Shown here piece after piece: positions 1 to 13,727 of a DNA stretch of 64,000 nt. The DNA lies in NCBI GenBank assembly GCA_951406725.2, contig OX597815.1, positions 160,766,001-160,830,000 on the forward strand. The letters run 5' to 3'. Every line of letters begins with the position of its first letter. Positions within the stretch are counted from its first letter, which is position 1. Source of the stretch: Octopus vulgaris (taxonomy: Eukaryota). Under the pieces are notes generated by a model. That model was not told the origin of the DNA. It saw only the letters and a program-made list of their open reading frames with translations, and did no database searches. Made by a program: the position numbers and the translations under genes.

Positions 1-357
1 GTGTGAGAGGCTGGATCTGGCCAATTTGAATATAAAGCCAATAGAAGAGTTGGCTGAATATTTTTATTTATTTATTTTTATCTAGTTTCAGCTCACAAGC
101 TGTGGCCATGCTGGGGCACCGCCATATGGCTGGTTTAAATGCTAAAAAGGTTAAAGTATCAGTCTTTAAGGTTAATATAATTGATTGACACCTCTCCTCA
201 AAATTTCTGGGGCCTCATGCTTATGTTAGAAATGATGCATAAATTTAAATTAGTACTATTAAACGAGAAATTTTCCTTGTATTGTTTGTCCTGTACTCTG
301 TTTGATTTTATGTTTTCGTTTCTCGTTGTGTTCTACGTTTATTTGTGGTGTCCTGTA

Positions 358-403
<46 letters not shown>

Positions 404-782
404 TGTATATATACATATAGATGTAAGTATGTACATATATGTATGTATATATGCATATATTTTATTTATTTATTATATTGTTATTATATGACCAAACGCA
501 CGCGTTGTTTCTCTGTTTCTCTTCTCCAAGTAAGTTTTTATTTATATATATATATATATATATAACTGTGTGCATATCGTTGTATCTGTCTGTACCCCCA
601 TCACTGCTTGACAGCCAGTATTTGTGTGTTTATGCCCCTGTAACTTGGCAGTTCAACAAAAAGACCAATAGAATAAATACTTCGCTTAAAAAAACTTAGT
701 CCTGCAGTGCTCCAGCATGGTCATAGTCAAATGACTGAAACAAGTAAAAGAATAATATTCTCTATGTTGTTATATATGTATA

Positions 783-1150
783 CCGTATATACTTGCAGAT
801 AGGTTTCCCCCTTAGTTTGAGGTTATCAAAGAAAGTGTTTGCAGGTAACTTGCAGATAGGTTGCACTATAATCTGGGGAGTTATAATGGCCCTTTTATAG
901 CATAAATATAACTAATATTTGTTAAATATTATCAAATATTCATCGTTATATTAAAAATTTTGCATACAAATATTAAAACATTTTTGAAGAAATGACTTTA
1001 TGAAAATAGCCTAATTGATAAATCGACTCAGCAATTAAAATGCCACCATCTATTTCGGATCCCTGTGATATTGAGTGAATAGGTTGCACCCCTGATTTTT
1101 ATCAAAATCTTTAGTAAAAAAAATTGTGATCTATCCACGGGTATATACGA
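783..1150. mobile_element. pogo/Tigger-like MITE
   Basis: TA-flanked imperfect TIRs: ccgtatatacttgcagataggt (783) and atctatccacgggtatatacga (ending 1150); no ORF. Confidence 0.55.
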
Positions 1151-1662
1151 TACCTTTAAGAACAGGGACAATGTCTACATTTACCTTAGAGCAGTGTCTT
1201 TTACAAATAGCATTGTATATTATTTTAGCAACACAGCATCATGTCAGAAATGGGGGCACTAATACATTGATGGAATTTTTGGGCAACTGCTGATCACATG
1301 TGTAAATGTCTTGCACAGATGTCTGGCATAATCAACATTTTTAGTTGCATCATGGGGTCTGAGAGTATCATTGTCTTATCCATTATATGTTCGGCTTTAC
1401 TTTCAAGATGTAGCATGATGCGTGTTTGTGTGCGTGAGTAAGAAAGTCAGTATATATTTATGTAGTTGTAAGTATGAACATTTAGATAAATGTATTTATT
1501 TTTATGTAATTGTGTGTGTATGTCCATAATTGTATGAATATATATATATATATGCGTTTATATGCATGGAGATGTATAGTTGAATAAGTGCCAATTGCAT
1601 ATGTGTATGCGTGAGTATGTGTATATAATATGAATGTATGTATACATGTGTGTGTGTGTATA

Positions 1663-2082
1663 TTCTTTTATTCTTTTACTTGTTTCAGTCATTTGACTGC
1701 GGCCATGCTGGAGCACCACCTTTAGTCGAGCAAATCGACCCCAGGACTTATTCTTTGTAAGCCTAGTACTTATTCAGTCAGTCTCCTCTTATGGGGATGT
1801 AAATGCACCAGCACCGGTTGTCAAGTGATGTTGGGTGGACAAACACATACACACAAGCATGTACATGCACATACATACATACATACATACACACACACAC
1901 ATACACACACATATAGATATATACATGGCAGGCTTCTTTCAGTTTCTATCTACTAGATCAATTCACAGGGCTTTGGTTGGCTCGAGGCTATAGTAGAAGT
2001 CACTTGCCCAAAGTGGCCTGCAGTAGGACTGAACCCGGAACCATGTGGCTGGTAAGCAAGCTACTTACCACACAGCCGCTAC
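1663..2082 (-). mobile_element. tRNA-derived SINE, family A (internal TA/CA microsatellite)
   Basis: Reverse complement of the copies at 18247 and 30079: head ggctgtgtggtaagtagcttgct...ggttccgggttcagtcc, tail actgaaacaagtaaaagaataaaagaa. Confidence 0.85.
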
Positions 2083-2149
2083 TTGTGTGTGTATATATAT
2101 ATATATATATATGGGCATATATATACATATATATACACACACACGCATG

Positions 2150-2183
<34 letters not shown>

Positions 2184-3104
2184 CACACACATGCATTTAT
2201 ATGTGAATGTCTGTGAGTTTATTTATGTGTGTGTGTTTGAATATGAGTATGTGTGTGTGTTTGTATGTGTATGTACATAGGTATATGTATATGTGTGCAT
2301 AAGTTTGTATGTATATGGGTATATGTATATGTGTGTATTTGGATGTGCATGTATATGGTTGGTTATATATATGTATGTATGTGTGTGTGTGTGAGTTTGT
2401 GTGTATATGAGAGTATGTATATGGCCGTGTGTATATGTGTGTCTGTTGCTGTGTGATGTGTGCTCATGTATGTTTGCATGTGTGCTTATTCACACACAAA
2501 GCAAACAGAATTACAAACCTATTCTGTGGTTACATTCAGCCAGCATTATCTTTTCAATCCACTGAAGTGTACATTTGACCGGAAGGCCGACTGTGTGAAA
2601 TCCCGGTTCGGATATGTAATTATATTTACCTTAGTTATGAACAAATATATACACCAGTCTGTACACACTTTTAAGACAGGAATGCATTGAGAACTTTTTT
2701 TCCTTGTTTTATTTTTTTGTACAACAAAATGAAACACACATGTGTGTGTGTGTATGTGTGTGTGTATGTATGTATGTATGTGTGTATGTATGTATGTATG
2801 TACGTATGTATCTATGTATGTATGCATGTATGTGTGTGTATAAGTGAATATGTATATATGTGTATATATTTGTATGCATGTCTATGTACATGTAAGTATG
2901 CATATAAATGCATGTATATATGAATGTGTGTATATACATGTACATGTATGTATGTATGTATGTATATAAATGTATATATGTGTGTGTGTGTATATATATA
3001 TGTATGTATGTGCAAGTGAATATGCATGTATGTGTATATCTTTGTATGTATGTTTACTTGTAAGTATATGGCTATATGTGTGTGTTTATATATATCTATC
3101 TATC

Positions 3105-3145
<41 letters not shown>

Positions 3146-3297
3146 ATTTGTATGTATATATGTGTGTGTGTGTGTGTGTGAGTGCACAAATTTACATGTA
3201 AAACAATTGATTGTATTTGTGAATGTTTTAAAAATTCCCTAGAATGCTTTTAGCTGTTTATTATTTCGTTGTGTGATTGTATGTGGTTGTATGTATG

Positions 3298-3331
<34 letters not shown>

Positions 3332-3699
3332 TGTATGTATGTGCACGCATGCATGTGTGCAACATTTTTTTTTTTTCATTATCATTATTATTATTATTAA
3401 TATTATTATTATTATTATTATTATTTTTAATATTCGGAAATGACATCAATGGAATATCACAAAATAAACTTGTTAGACCTGCATTACAATAGGATGAAGA
3501 ATAGGATAGGTCATATGTCACAGAATAACTCTAAGAGAAAAAGAATACTTCACTTTGTATTGAAAATAACTTTGAACTTTTTGTTATGTTGATTTACAGT
3601 TACTCCTCACCATGCCCAGTTGACTGGCAAGAAATAGATTCCTGAATTAGTCATGCTTATGGCTGTTGGTGTATTCCACTGGTTTCTATGGCTGTTGCA

Positions 3700-4230
3700 T
3701 TTCCTCTTTCTTCATTTCCTTCGGTTCTGTCTCTCCTTGTTTTTCTTCGTCTTTCTATCTGTCTCTCCTTGTTTTTCTTCGTCTTTCTTTCTGTCTCCCT
3801 TTGTTTTTCCTTCATCTTTATTTCTGTCTTTCCTTCTTTATTTCTGTTTTTTTCTTCTTGTTTCTTCCCTTCATTCTTTTCTTCATTTCTTTGTCACTGT
3901 TTTACACTTCTTTATTTTCTTTCATTCCTTGTTTCTTTCTTTCCTTGTTTGTTTGTTTCTCTCTTTCCTTCTTTCTTTCATTTTTGTTTATTTCTTTCTT
4001 TCTTTGTTTTTCTTTCTTTTGTTGGTATGTTATTTTACTTGTTTCTATTTTGTTTTTATTTTTATTTTTCTTTGTTCATTTGTTTGTTTGTTTATTTCTT
4101 TATTTCATCAGTTTGTTATTTTGTTCATTTCTTTCTTTCTTTCTCCCTTTCCCTCTTGCTTTTTCTTTGTTTCTCCTGCTTCTCTTTCCTCCCTGTCCTG
4201 CCCCCTAATTTGTTCTCTCTCTTCCCCCCC
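3700..4230. repeat. CT-rich low-complexity polypyrimidine tract
   Basis: Almost entirely T/C with tttc/ttct/gttt motifs; source of the F/L/S-rich ORFs. Confidence 0.9.
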
Positions 4231-4429
4231 CCCCACCTTGAAGCAGTCTGATTCCTTCCAGTAAAGTCCAACAAAGCCAGTCTGCTGGAAAGTTATTTTT
4301 TCACCACATCCACATTTTCACTGAACAAATATTATAGCAAACACGGTGCATACAAAAACCATATTCATACTAACACAATTGAAAAGCAAATAAACAGATA
4401 AGCATATAAACAATGGCAGTGACAAATTC

Positions 4430-4817
4430 CTTAACCCCTTGGGGGCCGTTGGGGGCACTGCAGTTATGCGGTGTATCTCCGGCTAGAAAGCCTGGCAGAG
4501 CCCATCGCTCTCCAGGCTGAACTCATTTCTACAGCTAAGTGGACTGGAACAATGCGAAAGGAAGTGTTTTGCTCAAGGACACAATGGATTGCCTGGTCCA
4601 GGGATCGAAACCACAATCTTATGGTCATGAATCCAACACACTAGCCACTAAGCAACGTTCCTCCACTGGTGGTACTCATTTCTACAGCTGAGTGGACTGG
4701 AGCAATATGAAGTGAGTGTGTTGCTCAAGAACACAACGCATCATCTGGTTTAGGAATCAAAGCCACAATCTTACATTCCTGAGTCCAACACCCTAACCAC
4801 TAAGCCACGCACCTCCT
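4430..4817 (-). mobile_element. Two tandem copies of tRNA-derived SINE family B
   Basis: Repeated actcatttctacagct(a/g)agtggactgga...gctcaag(g/a)acacaa...ccactaagc; minus-strand head has A/B-box-like tggcttagtggttagg and ggtttcgatccc. Confidence 0.75.
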
Positions 4818-5356
4818 TAAACAATGATATCTCGACTAGGTTCAAAACCAAAAATTGGTCAGTGAAGGTGGTGTGCAGTTGATTAAACTGATTCAAGTAC
4901 TTTCTTGAATGGTTCTATATTTTATTGCAGTTTGAATTAAGAATGTTAAAGAACTTAATTAAATGTCACCTGGGATTCTGTCTTGCACTCTATCAATTGT
5001 GCAGTCAACTACAATCACAAGCAAATAAAATTTAAAGAAAAGAACTGGTATTTGCAATTGAGGCAGCATTTAATTAAAATATCTGTTTATGTATCATACT
5101 AAGTGTATATTCACATACACTGTTAATAGGCCGTAACTGCAGTATCTGTCCAGAGATAACATCACTTACATGCTCGAATGATAATTCATTGTCTCTGATA
5201 TAGGAAAAAGTTTGGTAAGAATTGTGCTTCCCAACCACATGGTTCTGGGTTTGGTCCCACTGTGTGGTACCTTCACCAAATGAGTTCTATTGTTACCCCA
5301 AGCTGACCAAATCCTTGTGAGTGGATTTGGTTGATGGAGTCTGAAAGAAGCTTGTA

Positions 5357-5407
<51 letters not shown>

Positions 5408-5451
5408 ATTTCGGAATGGTCATTTTGCCAGTTTAGCCAATAAAATCTTGC

Positions 5452-5504
<53 letters not shown>

Positions 5505-5973
5505 GTGTGTGTGTGTATTTTTGTGTTTGTCTTCTGTCACTGTGTTGTGGTATCATGTCCACCTCCCAGTCATTTTGGCCTGTGTCCAAGTGCTCAGAGT
5601 GAGCTCTGCCAGTTTGCATACAAAAAGCATGGAATGTGAGTTGATGTATTTGCATCCTTGTCACTTGTCAGTTTGGCAAATGAGGCTGACAGAATAAATA
5701 CAATGTTTAAAAGAATTATATAAGTACTGGGATTGATTCATTTGACTAAAATTCTTCAAAGCAGTGCCCCAGCATTTAGGAAGGGTATCAAGGTGTAGAA
5801 ACCATGCCAAAACAGACATGGAGTCTAAACAGCCCTTCAGCTGGTCAGCTCTCACCAAACTGTCCAACCTATGCCAGCATGGAAAATGGACATTAAATGA
5901 TGATGATGATATATATATATATATATATATATACACTCTCTTTATTTTCTCTCCTTGTTTCTTTCTGTGTTCC

Positions 5974-6007
5974 TTACTGTGGAAGATCGTAGGCTCGAAA
6001 CATTAAA
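5974..6007 (+). ncRNA. Degenerate minimal hammerhead-like motif in a short insert between (TA)n tracts
   Basis: CTGTGGA-a-gatc-gtag-gctc-GAAA-ca-TT-aa; same layout as the 47279 motif, with core and stem II mismatches. Confidence 0.3.
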
Positions 6008-6093
6008 GACTTTTTCACTTCCCGAGTGTTATACTAATACATCTGGTTGCTGTCTACATCACCTGTCATATATATATACATATATATATATAC

Positions 6094-6124
<31 letters not shown>

Positions 6125-6127
6125 CAC

Positions 6128-6180
<53 letters not shown>

Positions 6181-6504
6181 TATATATATACACACAATAT
6201 ATATATATATACATACACACATATATATATACACATATATATATACACATATATATATATACATATATATATACACATATATATATATATACATATATAC
6301 ATATATATATACATATATACATACATACACACACACACACACACATACATATATATACTTATAAACTGAGGATAAAATCATTAAGATGATTATATCAGCG
6401 CCCTTAATTATAATTATATTTTTATAATTATATACTTTAAAAAATATATATATATATTAGTTGATCAATATATTCCAGCTTATGATATGTTACTGTTCAA
6501 AATA

Positions 6505-6700
6505 TCGGCTTCAAATTTTGGCACAAGGCCAGCAGTTTTGGGGTGGTGGGTAACTTGATTACATTGACCCCAGAGTTCCACTCTGAAAGGATAAAATGGC
6601 AAAGTCGACCCCAGCGGCATTTGAACTCGGAATATAAAAGCAAGAAAAGCTGCTGAGCATTTTGCCCAGTACATTAACGAGTCTGCCAGCTTGCTGCCTT
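6505..6700 (-). mobile_element. SINE family C
   Basis: ttcaaattttggcacaaggccagcag...ggcaaagtcgacc...gaactc...ctgccagcttgctgcctt; similar copies at 24460-24672 (-) and 34184-34378 (+). Confidence 0.75.
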
Positions 6701-6844
6701 AATTAGTCAAAATATTAACAATGGTTTTGTGTTGACTGCTGAACTTGGCAATATTGACTACTGCTCAGACATGATGACCAGAAGCAATCAGTCTCTTTTA
6801 TGCTAGAGGTAAATATGAACACACACACACACATGCATGCATAT

Positions 6845-7206
6845 TTCTTTTACTTTCTTTTACTTGTTTCAGTCATTTGACTGCGGCCATGCTGGAGCAC
6901 CGCCTTTAGTCGAACAAATCGACCCCGGGACTTATTCTTTGTAAGCCCAGTACTTATTCTATCGGTCTCTTTTGCCGAACCACTAAGTGACGGGGACGTA
7001 AACACACCAGCATCGGTTGTCAAGCAATGCTAGGGGGACAAACACAGACACATAAACATATACACACACATACACACATATATATATATATACACATATA
7101 CGACAGGCTTCTTTCAGTTTCCATCTACCAAATCCACTCACAAGGCATTGGTCGGCCTGAGGCTATAGCTGAAGACACTTGCCCAAGATGCCACGCAGTG
7201 GGACTG
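6845..7206 (-). mobile_element. SINE family A (5'-truncated)
   Basis: Near-identical to the reverse complement of 30079-30492. Confidence 0.9.
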
Positions 7207-7847
7207 ATAGATATAAACTATAAACTTTTATTAATTCCCTTATATTTTCTCTTAACAGCTTTATATTGATAAAAAGGGAAGATGGCATGAACAGCAGAAA
7301 TTGAAACTATATGTGTGTGTGTGTGTATACTTTTTAGACATGTCCCTTGAGAATATCTCTATCATGCTGATGTCAGTGTTGCTTGCAAGTATTTAAATTA
7401 TTAGAATCGTCCATTAATTTAATTAGGAATAGAGTACACCCACTGCAGGGAGTTATATGAATACAGTGGTTGATCAGACATCTGTTTAAAATTGCATGTC
7501 AATACATTCTGGTAGCATAACAAATGCATCGGTGAAATCTATTAGCGATTGGCTAATTGCATTTGGGATCAAGTCTGCTGATGCGCAGATGTACATACAG
7601 TGATAGTTATTGGCTGTTGCATGCACACACTTATACATCATCATCATCAACATTGTCATTGTTACCATCATTTTACATCCGTTTTCCCTGTTTGCGTGGG
7701 TCGGATGGTTTGACCAGAACTGACAAGCTGAAGAGTTGTACCCGATTCCAGCCTTGGTTTTTATGGCTGGATGCCCTTCCTAATATCAACCTCTTTACAG
7801 AGGGTTTTGGGTGCTTTTTACATGGCATCAGCATGAGCATACATATT

Positions 7848-8117
7848 TGAGATCTGTCTGAAGTGATGGGACTGGTGTCACAAACAATTTATTTCAATTT
7901 CAAACTACAAACAGCATGGTTTCCCCTTCAAAGTAATCCCCCTCATATCTAATGCATTTTTCCAACCTTCTCTATCATGCCTCTATGCACTGCTGGAAGG
8001 ATTCATCTGGGATGCTCCTCAGCTCCATCATTACAGCCTCCATACCTTCAAAACGGCTTCACTCTGCATGCTTTAGCTTCTATGGTAACAGTCTGGATAC
8101 TTATTAATCAGACCTCG
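7848..8117 (-). mobile_element. mariner-derived MITE / deletion derivative
   Basis: Imperfect TIRs tgagatctgtctgaa / ttaatcagacctcg followed by TA; minus strand reads ...RRLEKCIRYEGDYFEG, a mariner transposase C-terminal motif. Confidence 0.7.
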
Positions 8118-8272
8118 TATATGCATGTGTATTTTGAGTGGTAAGAAACTTGCTTCTCAACCTCATCATTCCAGATTCAGTGGGCAAATGGCCTCTACTT
8201 TTGCCTTGGGCCAACTAAAGCCTTGTGAGTGGATTTGGTGGATGGAAACTGAAAGAAGTCCCTGTCTGTCTG

Positions 8273-8346
<74 letters not shown>

Positions 8347-8871
8347 ACTGAATATGTATGTGTGTATGTATATATATATATACATGTGTGTGTCTGTGTG
8401 CCTTTGTGTTTGTCCCCACTACAACAACCACCACACAACAGCTGGTGTTGGTTTGTTAATGTCCCCTAGCAGTTTGGCAAAAGAAAATGATAGAATAAAT
8501 ACCAGGCTTAAAATAATATAAGTACTGGGGTTGAATTGTTTGACTAAAACCCTTCCAGGTGGTGCCCCACTATGGTAGCATTTTAATGACTGAAACCAGT
8601 AAAATAGAAGATATATACATGCATGTATGTATGTACATACGTATGTTTGTAAATACGTATGTATGTATGCATGCACATGTGTATGCATAAACATATGTGC
8701 TCATGTATACAGGAGCACTAGCATGGATGGCATTGTATAAGTGGATCTTATTATAAGCTGAATTTCATGTGTTTTACATATTTTGACAGTACCTTCGATA
8801 GTTTGTCACTGTAATCTTCTCTGCTGTGTTCTTTCTAGCTTTGTGAATCCCCAGCTCCTCAAGATCAGCCC

Positions 8872-8992
8872 TGAGGCAGTTAGTTATGTGTCCAAAATTG
8901 GTACTCAGCAAATTGGTCATGTAGCCAAAATTGGTACTGAGGCAGTTAGTTATGTAGCCAAAATTGGTACTCAGCCAGTTAGTGATGTACTT
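8872..8992. repeat. 33-bp minisatellite, ~3.6 copies
   Basis: Unit tgaggcagttagttatgtagccaaaattggtac alternating with the variant tcagc(a/c)a(a/g)tt(g/a)gt... Confidence 0.85.
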
Positions 8993-9399
8993 AAGTGCAG
9001 TACTCCACTAATTATGAGTAGAAATATAAAGTGCTCTCTCTGGATGGAGTACCTGCAGATTTCTTATCAGTTTAGAAAAGATATTTTCTTTTTCACTGAT
9101 CTTTAACATTATGTTGACATTTACTGGGCAACTGATTTCAACTTCTGTTTATAGTTTCATTTTTCAGTCCTAGATCATTATGTTGTGCTTGCATTTTATT
9201 GAAGCCTTGACTGAGACATTCCACCAGTGTTCTTTCATATCATGAGTGGTTATTCTCTCCACATCATTGTAGTTTCTAGTAGTTGTCTTTTCAAGATTAT
9301 CTTTTTCACAGATTTCATTATATAGAGACACCATGCATCATAAGTTGGTAATTTTCAAGCAGCTGTTTATGAAGTTTGTGACATCCTCATCGTCACAAA

Positions 9400-10450
9400 A
9401 ATCTACATCATTTGTCAAGTCAAAGAGGTTTATTTGCATTCTTATCCCCTTTTCTTATCAGGTGTCTTTTGACTATTTCCTACTCCTGTATTGCAAAAGC
9501 ATATCCATCAATGTGAGAGCTATTATTCAAGTTGTTAGTCTTAGATAGATAACTCTAGTCACTTTTGAGAATATAGCCAAGCATAAGTGTTTGCTCCTGT
9601 GTCTGTAACCTCTGTTCTGATGCCCTGTTGTGGTAGAATTGTGCAACTTCTCCAGGTGCTTATTCTCGGTCATCAGTCAGAGAATACTTTCTGAGAAGTG
9701 AGAAATAGTCAAATGCTTTCTCATAATCCAGTCAGATTTTGACCAAGTTCCTCCTAAGCTACCATACCCCTGACATCACTGTTTTGTTGATCAAGATTGC
9801 TCAGTACATCTCCAAAACCACTCTTTTTCAGCTTCTTCTTCGGTTGTGATCATGTTATTATTATCACAGCATTCTTGGAAAAACAGGTTCAGATAGGCTC
9901 TATACATTTTATACAGGAGTTTCTGGTCTACTACAGACCAATAGTTTTCCACTATGTAAGTGGTATTGTTTGGGGGAATCAGTTTTGTTTCTGCTAGCAT
10001 TAACCTGTCTGGTTTATTTATGTCTCCATTAAGAGCTTACTGGTGAAGGTCAATTGTACCAGTAGCTGCGAATTGAGTCCCTTCCTGATGGTTTCCTGTC
10101 CTGAAATCTTTGGATTAGTCTCAAGTATTTTGCCATTGATGCTGTATTTATATATATATGGTTGAATACAGAGACAAAATTTATTTCACATTTCTTGTAG
10201 CCACTCACTGATTAAATTCCATTGCCTCACTCCAGATTTTTCTCTACAATGATTCTGTATCTTCCTGGGAAGGAACCGCTGTGATTTTTATTGATTGTTT
10301 CTGTAGACTGGTGATTGATTTCCATTAAATTTCTTGTTAATCTTTTTTTAACTTTCAGATACTTTCTTGTAACACTGGAGTTTTTAGCTGATGGCTTTTA
10401 GTTCCTGTTTGAAGGTGATTAGTCTGAAAACCAATGTACTTTTGACTATC
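9400..10450 (-). pseudogene. Decayed R4/Dong-clade non-LTR retrotransposon reverse transcriptase
   Basis: Ordered minus-strand motifs VPSQEDTESL*RKIWS, RKPSGRDSIRSYWY, TKLIP..ENYWSV..LYKMY, EKEWFWRCTEQ, I*LDYEKAFD match RT domains 0-3 of R4-type elements; stops and frameshifts present. Confidence 0.7.
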
Positions 10451-11505
10451 ACCAAACGTTTTTAGTATTCTGTTTTACACTCTTTGTTGGTGAGGACTGT
10501 AATTATTGCTTTGTTTGCATGTGATAACTAATGTAATATGACTCATAGTTTTTTGCAGATTGTCAATCATTTTCTGTTTACAAAACTCACAACAACAGCC
10601 TTTTTTTATTCTTTTTTCCCCTTTCTGTTATTCTTTATGTCCAAGATGGTGTTTTGATGTCATTGGGAGAACATATAAACAAGTGTTAATTTGCCAAAAT
10701 GAGGGATCTTTACATTGTTGTAAAAAATTTCTCTTGACTTTATTATGCACCATTAAAGTCAGTTCATTTGGTGTTTTTTTTTATTTATGCTAGTTAGATG
10801 CAGTCTTTTCTCAAGGCATAATTTTAAAAGAATGAAATAATCTCTCCTTAAAAGATTTTATTGAGAATATCCTAGCCGACTTATGGAATATTTTTGTCAT
10901 TGTTGTTGTTAGGTTTGGTGACATCATGTTGGTAGTCAGGGTAGAAACATGTCAGCATAGAGTGGCCAGCTTGCTTGCTAGGCTACATAGTAGTAGCAAA
11001 AGGTTGTTGTTGAGGTCATGTTTGATCTAGGACATTTCCAATGTGGTATTATTTTTGCTGTTATATTTTCAGGAATAAAATTAGGCTCATATATGAGTAT
11101 GTATATATGCATGTATGCAATGTAATGAATGTGACTGTGTGTACTTGTGTTTCCATGTCTTGACAGCATGCACTGATTGTAAACAAACATCACCTTCATA
11201 CATGTGGTGTTGGTTTTTTGCAAACTTCCGTGAAGACATGACCAGCCATTGCACTCTTCATGTTGGAATAACTAGGGAAATACTTTTGTGTTTGGCAGCA
11301 GGTGAGAGTTGACGACAGAAAGTGTTTCTGGCTATTGAAAATCTGCTGAAAAGTGAATATTAAAATGGTGATAATGATTATGCATACATATGTGTGTGTA
11401 TGTATGTTTGTGTAGATATGTGTGTGTGCATGTATAAAGATACAAATATCACACACACACACACATACACACAAATTCATACACACACATACACTTGCAC
11501 ATATA

Positions 11506-11723
11506 CAAGGGGGTGATGAAAAGTTCCTGGCTCTAAGGGTATTGTAAAATGCCTGGCTGGAGGCCCAACCTTCCGAGTTCTTTCTCAGGGCCTAGAAAAA
11601 CTGAAGGACTGTTGCAATAAGTGTGTGAATCTGAGAGAAGAATATGTTGAATAAAATCATGATTAACTGATCCTCCTGAATTTTCTTTTACTCAAAGCCA
11701 GCAACTTTTCAGCACCCACCTCA
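11506..11723 (+). mobile_element. mariner-derived MITE
   Basis: TA-flanked TIRs (ggtgatgaaaagttcctggct / agccagcaacttttcagcacc); internal WLEAQPSEFF...LEKLKDCCNKCVNLREEYVE* transposase tail. Confidence 0.85.
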
Positions 11724-13284
11724 TATACATCTTCTATTCTTTTTACTTGTTTTAGTCATAGTCTGTGGCCATGTTGGGGCACCATATTTTTATTAATATC
11801 TAGCAGAAGCAACAAAGTGACTCAAGGTCCAAGAGCTTTGTGCATTGGCACTTATCCTGTTTGCATTAAAATACATGTGTGTATGTATGTATATATATAT
11901 ATGCACACACACACATCACCCAATATAACAAAATATTGTCTAGCTATTCATGAAATACAATTTTTACTTAATTTCTTTGATTTACTATTATAAATAAATA
12001 GCTAAATAAAACTCTCTTCCAAACTAGTTCCCCATAACCACTGCGCACACAGTCTGCAATTGCACCTGTTTACCTATTTTATATTAGCTATTTGTGTTTC
12101 TATCTGAATCTCATTCATACCAAGCATCACATGTAGTATTGTAGTACTTCATGTGATCAATTCACTGTGCAGTTTAGTTGTCTGCTGCTACATTAAGTCT
12201 CCAAGTCTTTAAGCTCATTTAACTATATTAATCTCACTTAATTTCACTTTTCTGCTGATGAGAATATCAAAACAAAAAGCAAAAAGTAAAGAAAGTATTA
12301 AAGAAGCATACAGCAGTGACAGCATTATGCACACACATAATAAAAATTAAAGATAGAGCTAATTATCATAACATTTTTCTTTTTTTTGTACTAAAAGGCA
12401 ATTGTAATCTCTCTCCTACCACTCTCTCTTTCGCTCATGCACTTTTTCTTAATCTGAAACTAATAGACTCCGTTGATAAAGAAGTAAATTATGATTGATT
12501 CTTTTGCCTCTAAGTGTCAGGATCCTGATGACATTTTATCATATAATTGTGGAGTAATAATAAAAGATTTTAAAATATTGGAAACTATTGCTTTAGAAAA
12601 TGTTGCTTTCTTAAGCATGCCCACATACACATTGACACATATATAGGTGCAGGTGTGGCGGCTGAGTGATAAGAAGTTTTCTTCCAAAACACATGGTTCT
12701 GGGTTTGGTTCTATTGCATGTCACATTGGACAAGTGTCTTCTACCATAGCCTCAGTTCAGCAAAGCCTGTGAATGGTTTTTATTGATGGAAACTGAAAGA
12801 AGCCCATTGTAGGTGGGTGTATGTTTGTGTTTGTGTGTGTATGTGTGCATTCCCTTTCTGTTGTTAGGAGGCACATATATCATATATATATGACAATTTC
12901 TGTCTGTCTGTTACCATCTTGCTGCCCAAACCGGGGAACCAACCTTCAGTAAACTTTGCGTACATGTTGAACTAACATCCAGATCAATTATAGACTAATT
13001 GGATTTCAATAAAAATCGATAATGGACCGAGTATGGGGTTTGGGCTATTACATAATAAAATGAGAGAAGTGCAAAAGTGTTAGGTTTAGGGAAATGGGGC
13101 ATAATGAGAGCGGCTGATATCAAGGAAGGGGAGGAGGTAGGAAGAGATAGACACACAAGGAATGTGAGAGATAGACAGACAGAGAGAACGACACACAGGC
13201 ACACTTCCAAATATATGAAAGAGAGTTTGTGTGTGTCTGTGTGTGCGCGCATGTGTGTGTGTGTATCTTTCTTTTGCATTTGAA

Positions 13285-13666
13285 AACTGAGTTGCCAATT
13301 TTGACGTATGAGGTATTAAAAGATTCAGTAATCTTACGACTACCAAATAAACTTTATTTTCATTTGCATATTTACATTACAAAAATTTTGCATTTTAATC
13401 TTTTCTTTTAGTCAACTGTTGTAAACATTTTATACTATGGCAACAACATCACATTTCCTATATGAGTGTGTACATTAAAAGACATCCATTTCTCTATATG
13501 TTATGAGGAAATACAGTCACTCACTCACTCTCTCACAAGCATATATACAAAAAAAGATGTATGCACATGTATGTGTATATGAAAGATTTGTGTGTGTGAT
13601 ACAGAGAGAGAGACCGAGTGAGTGCCACTTACACATTCATGACAACACACACCTTCACTCACTCTA

Positions 13667-13727
<61 letters not shown>

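Noticed and set aside
3653-4264. 203-aa hydrophobic ORF resembling a membrane protein
   Set aside because: It is open in all three frames because the tract is polypyrimidine low-complexity sequence.
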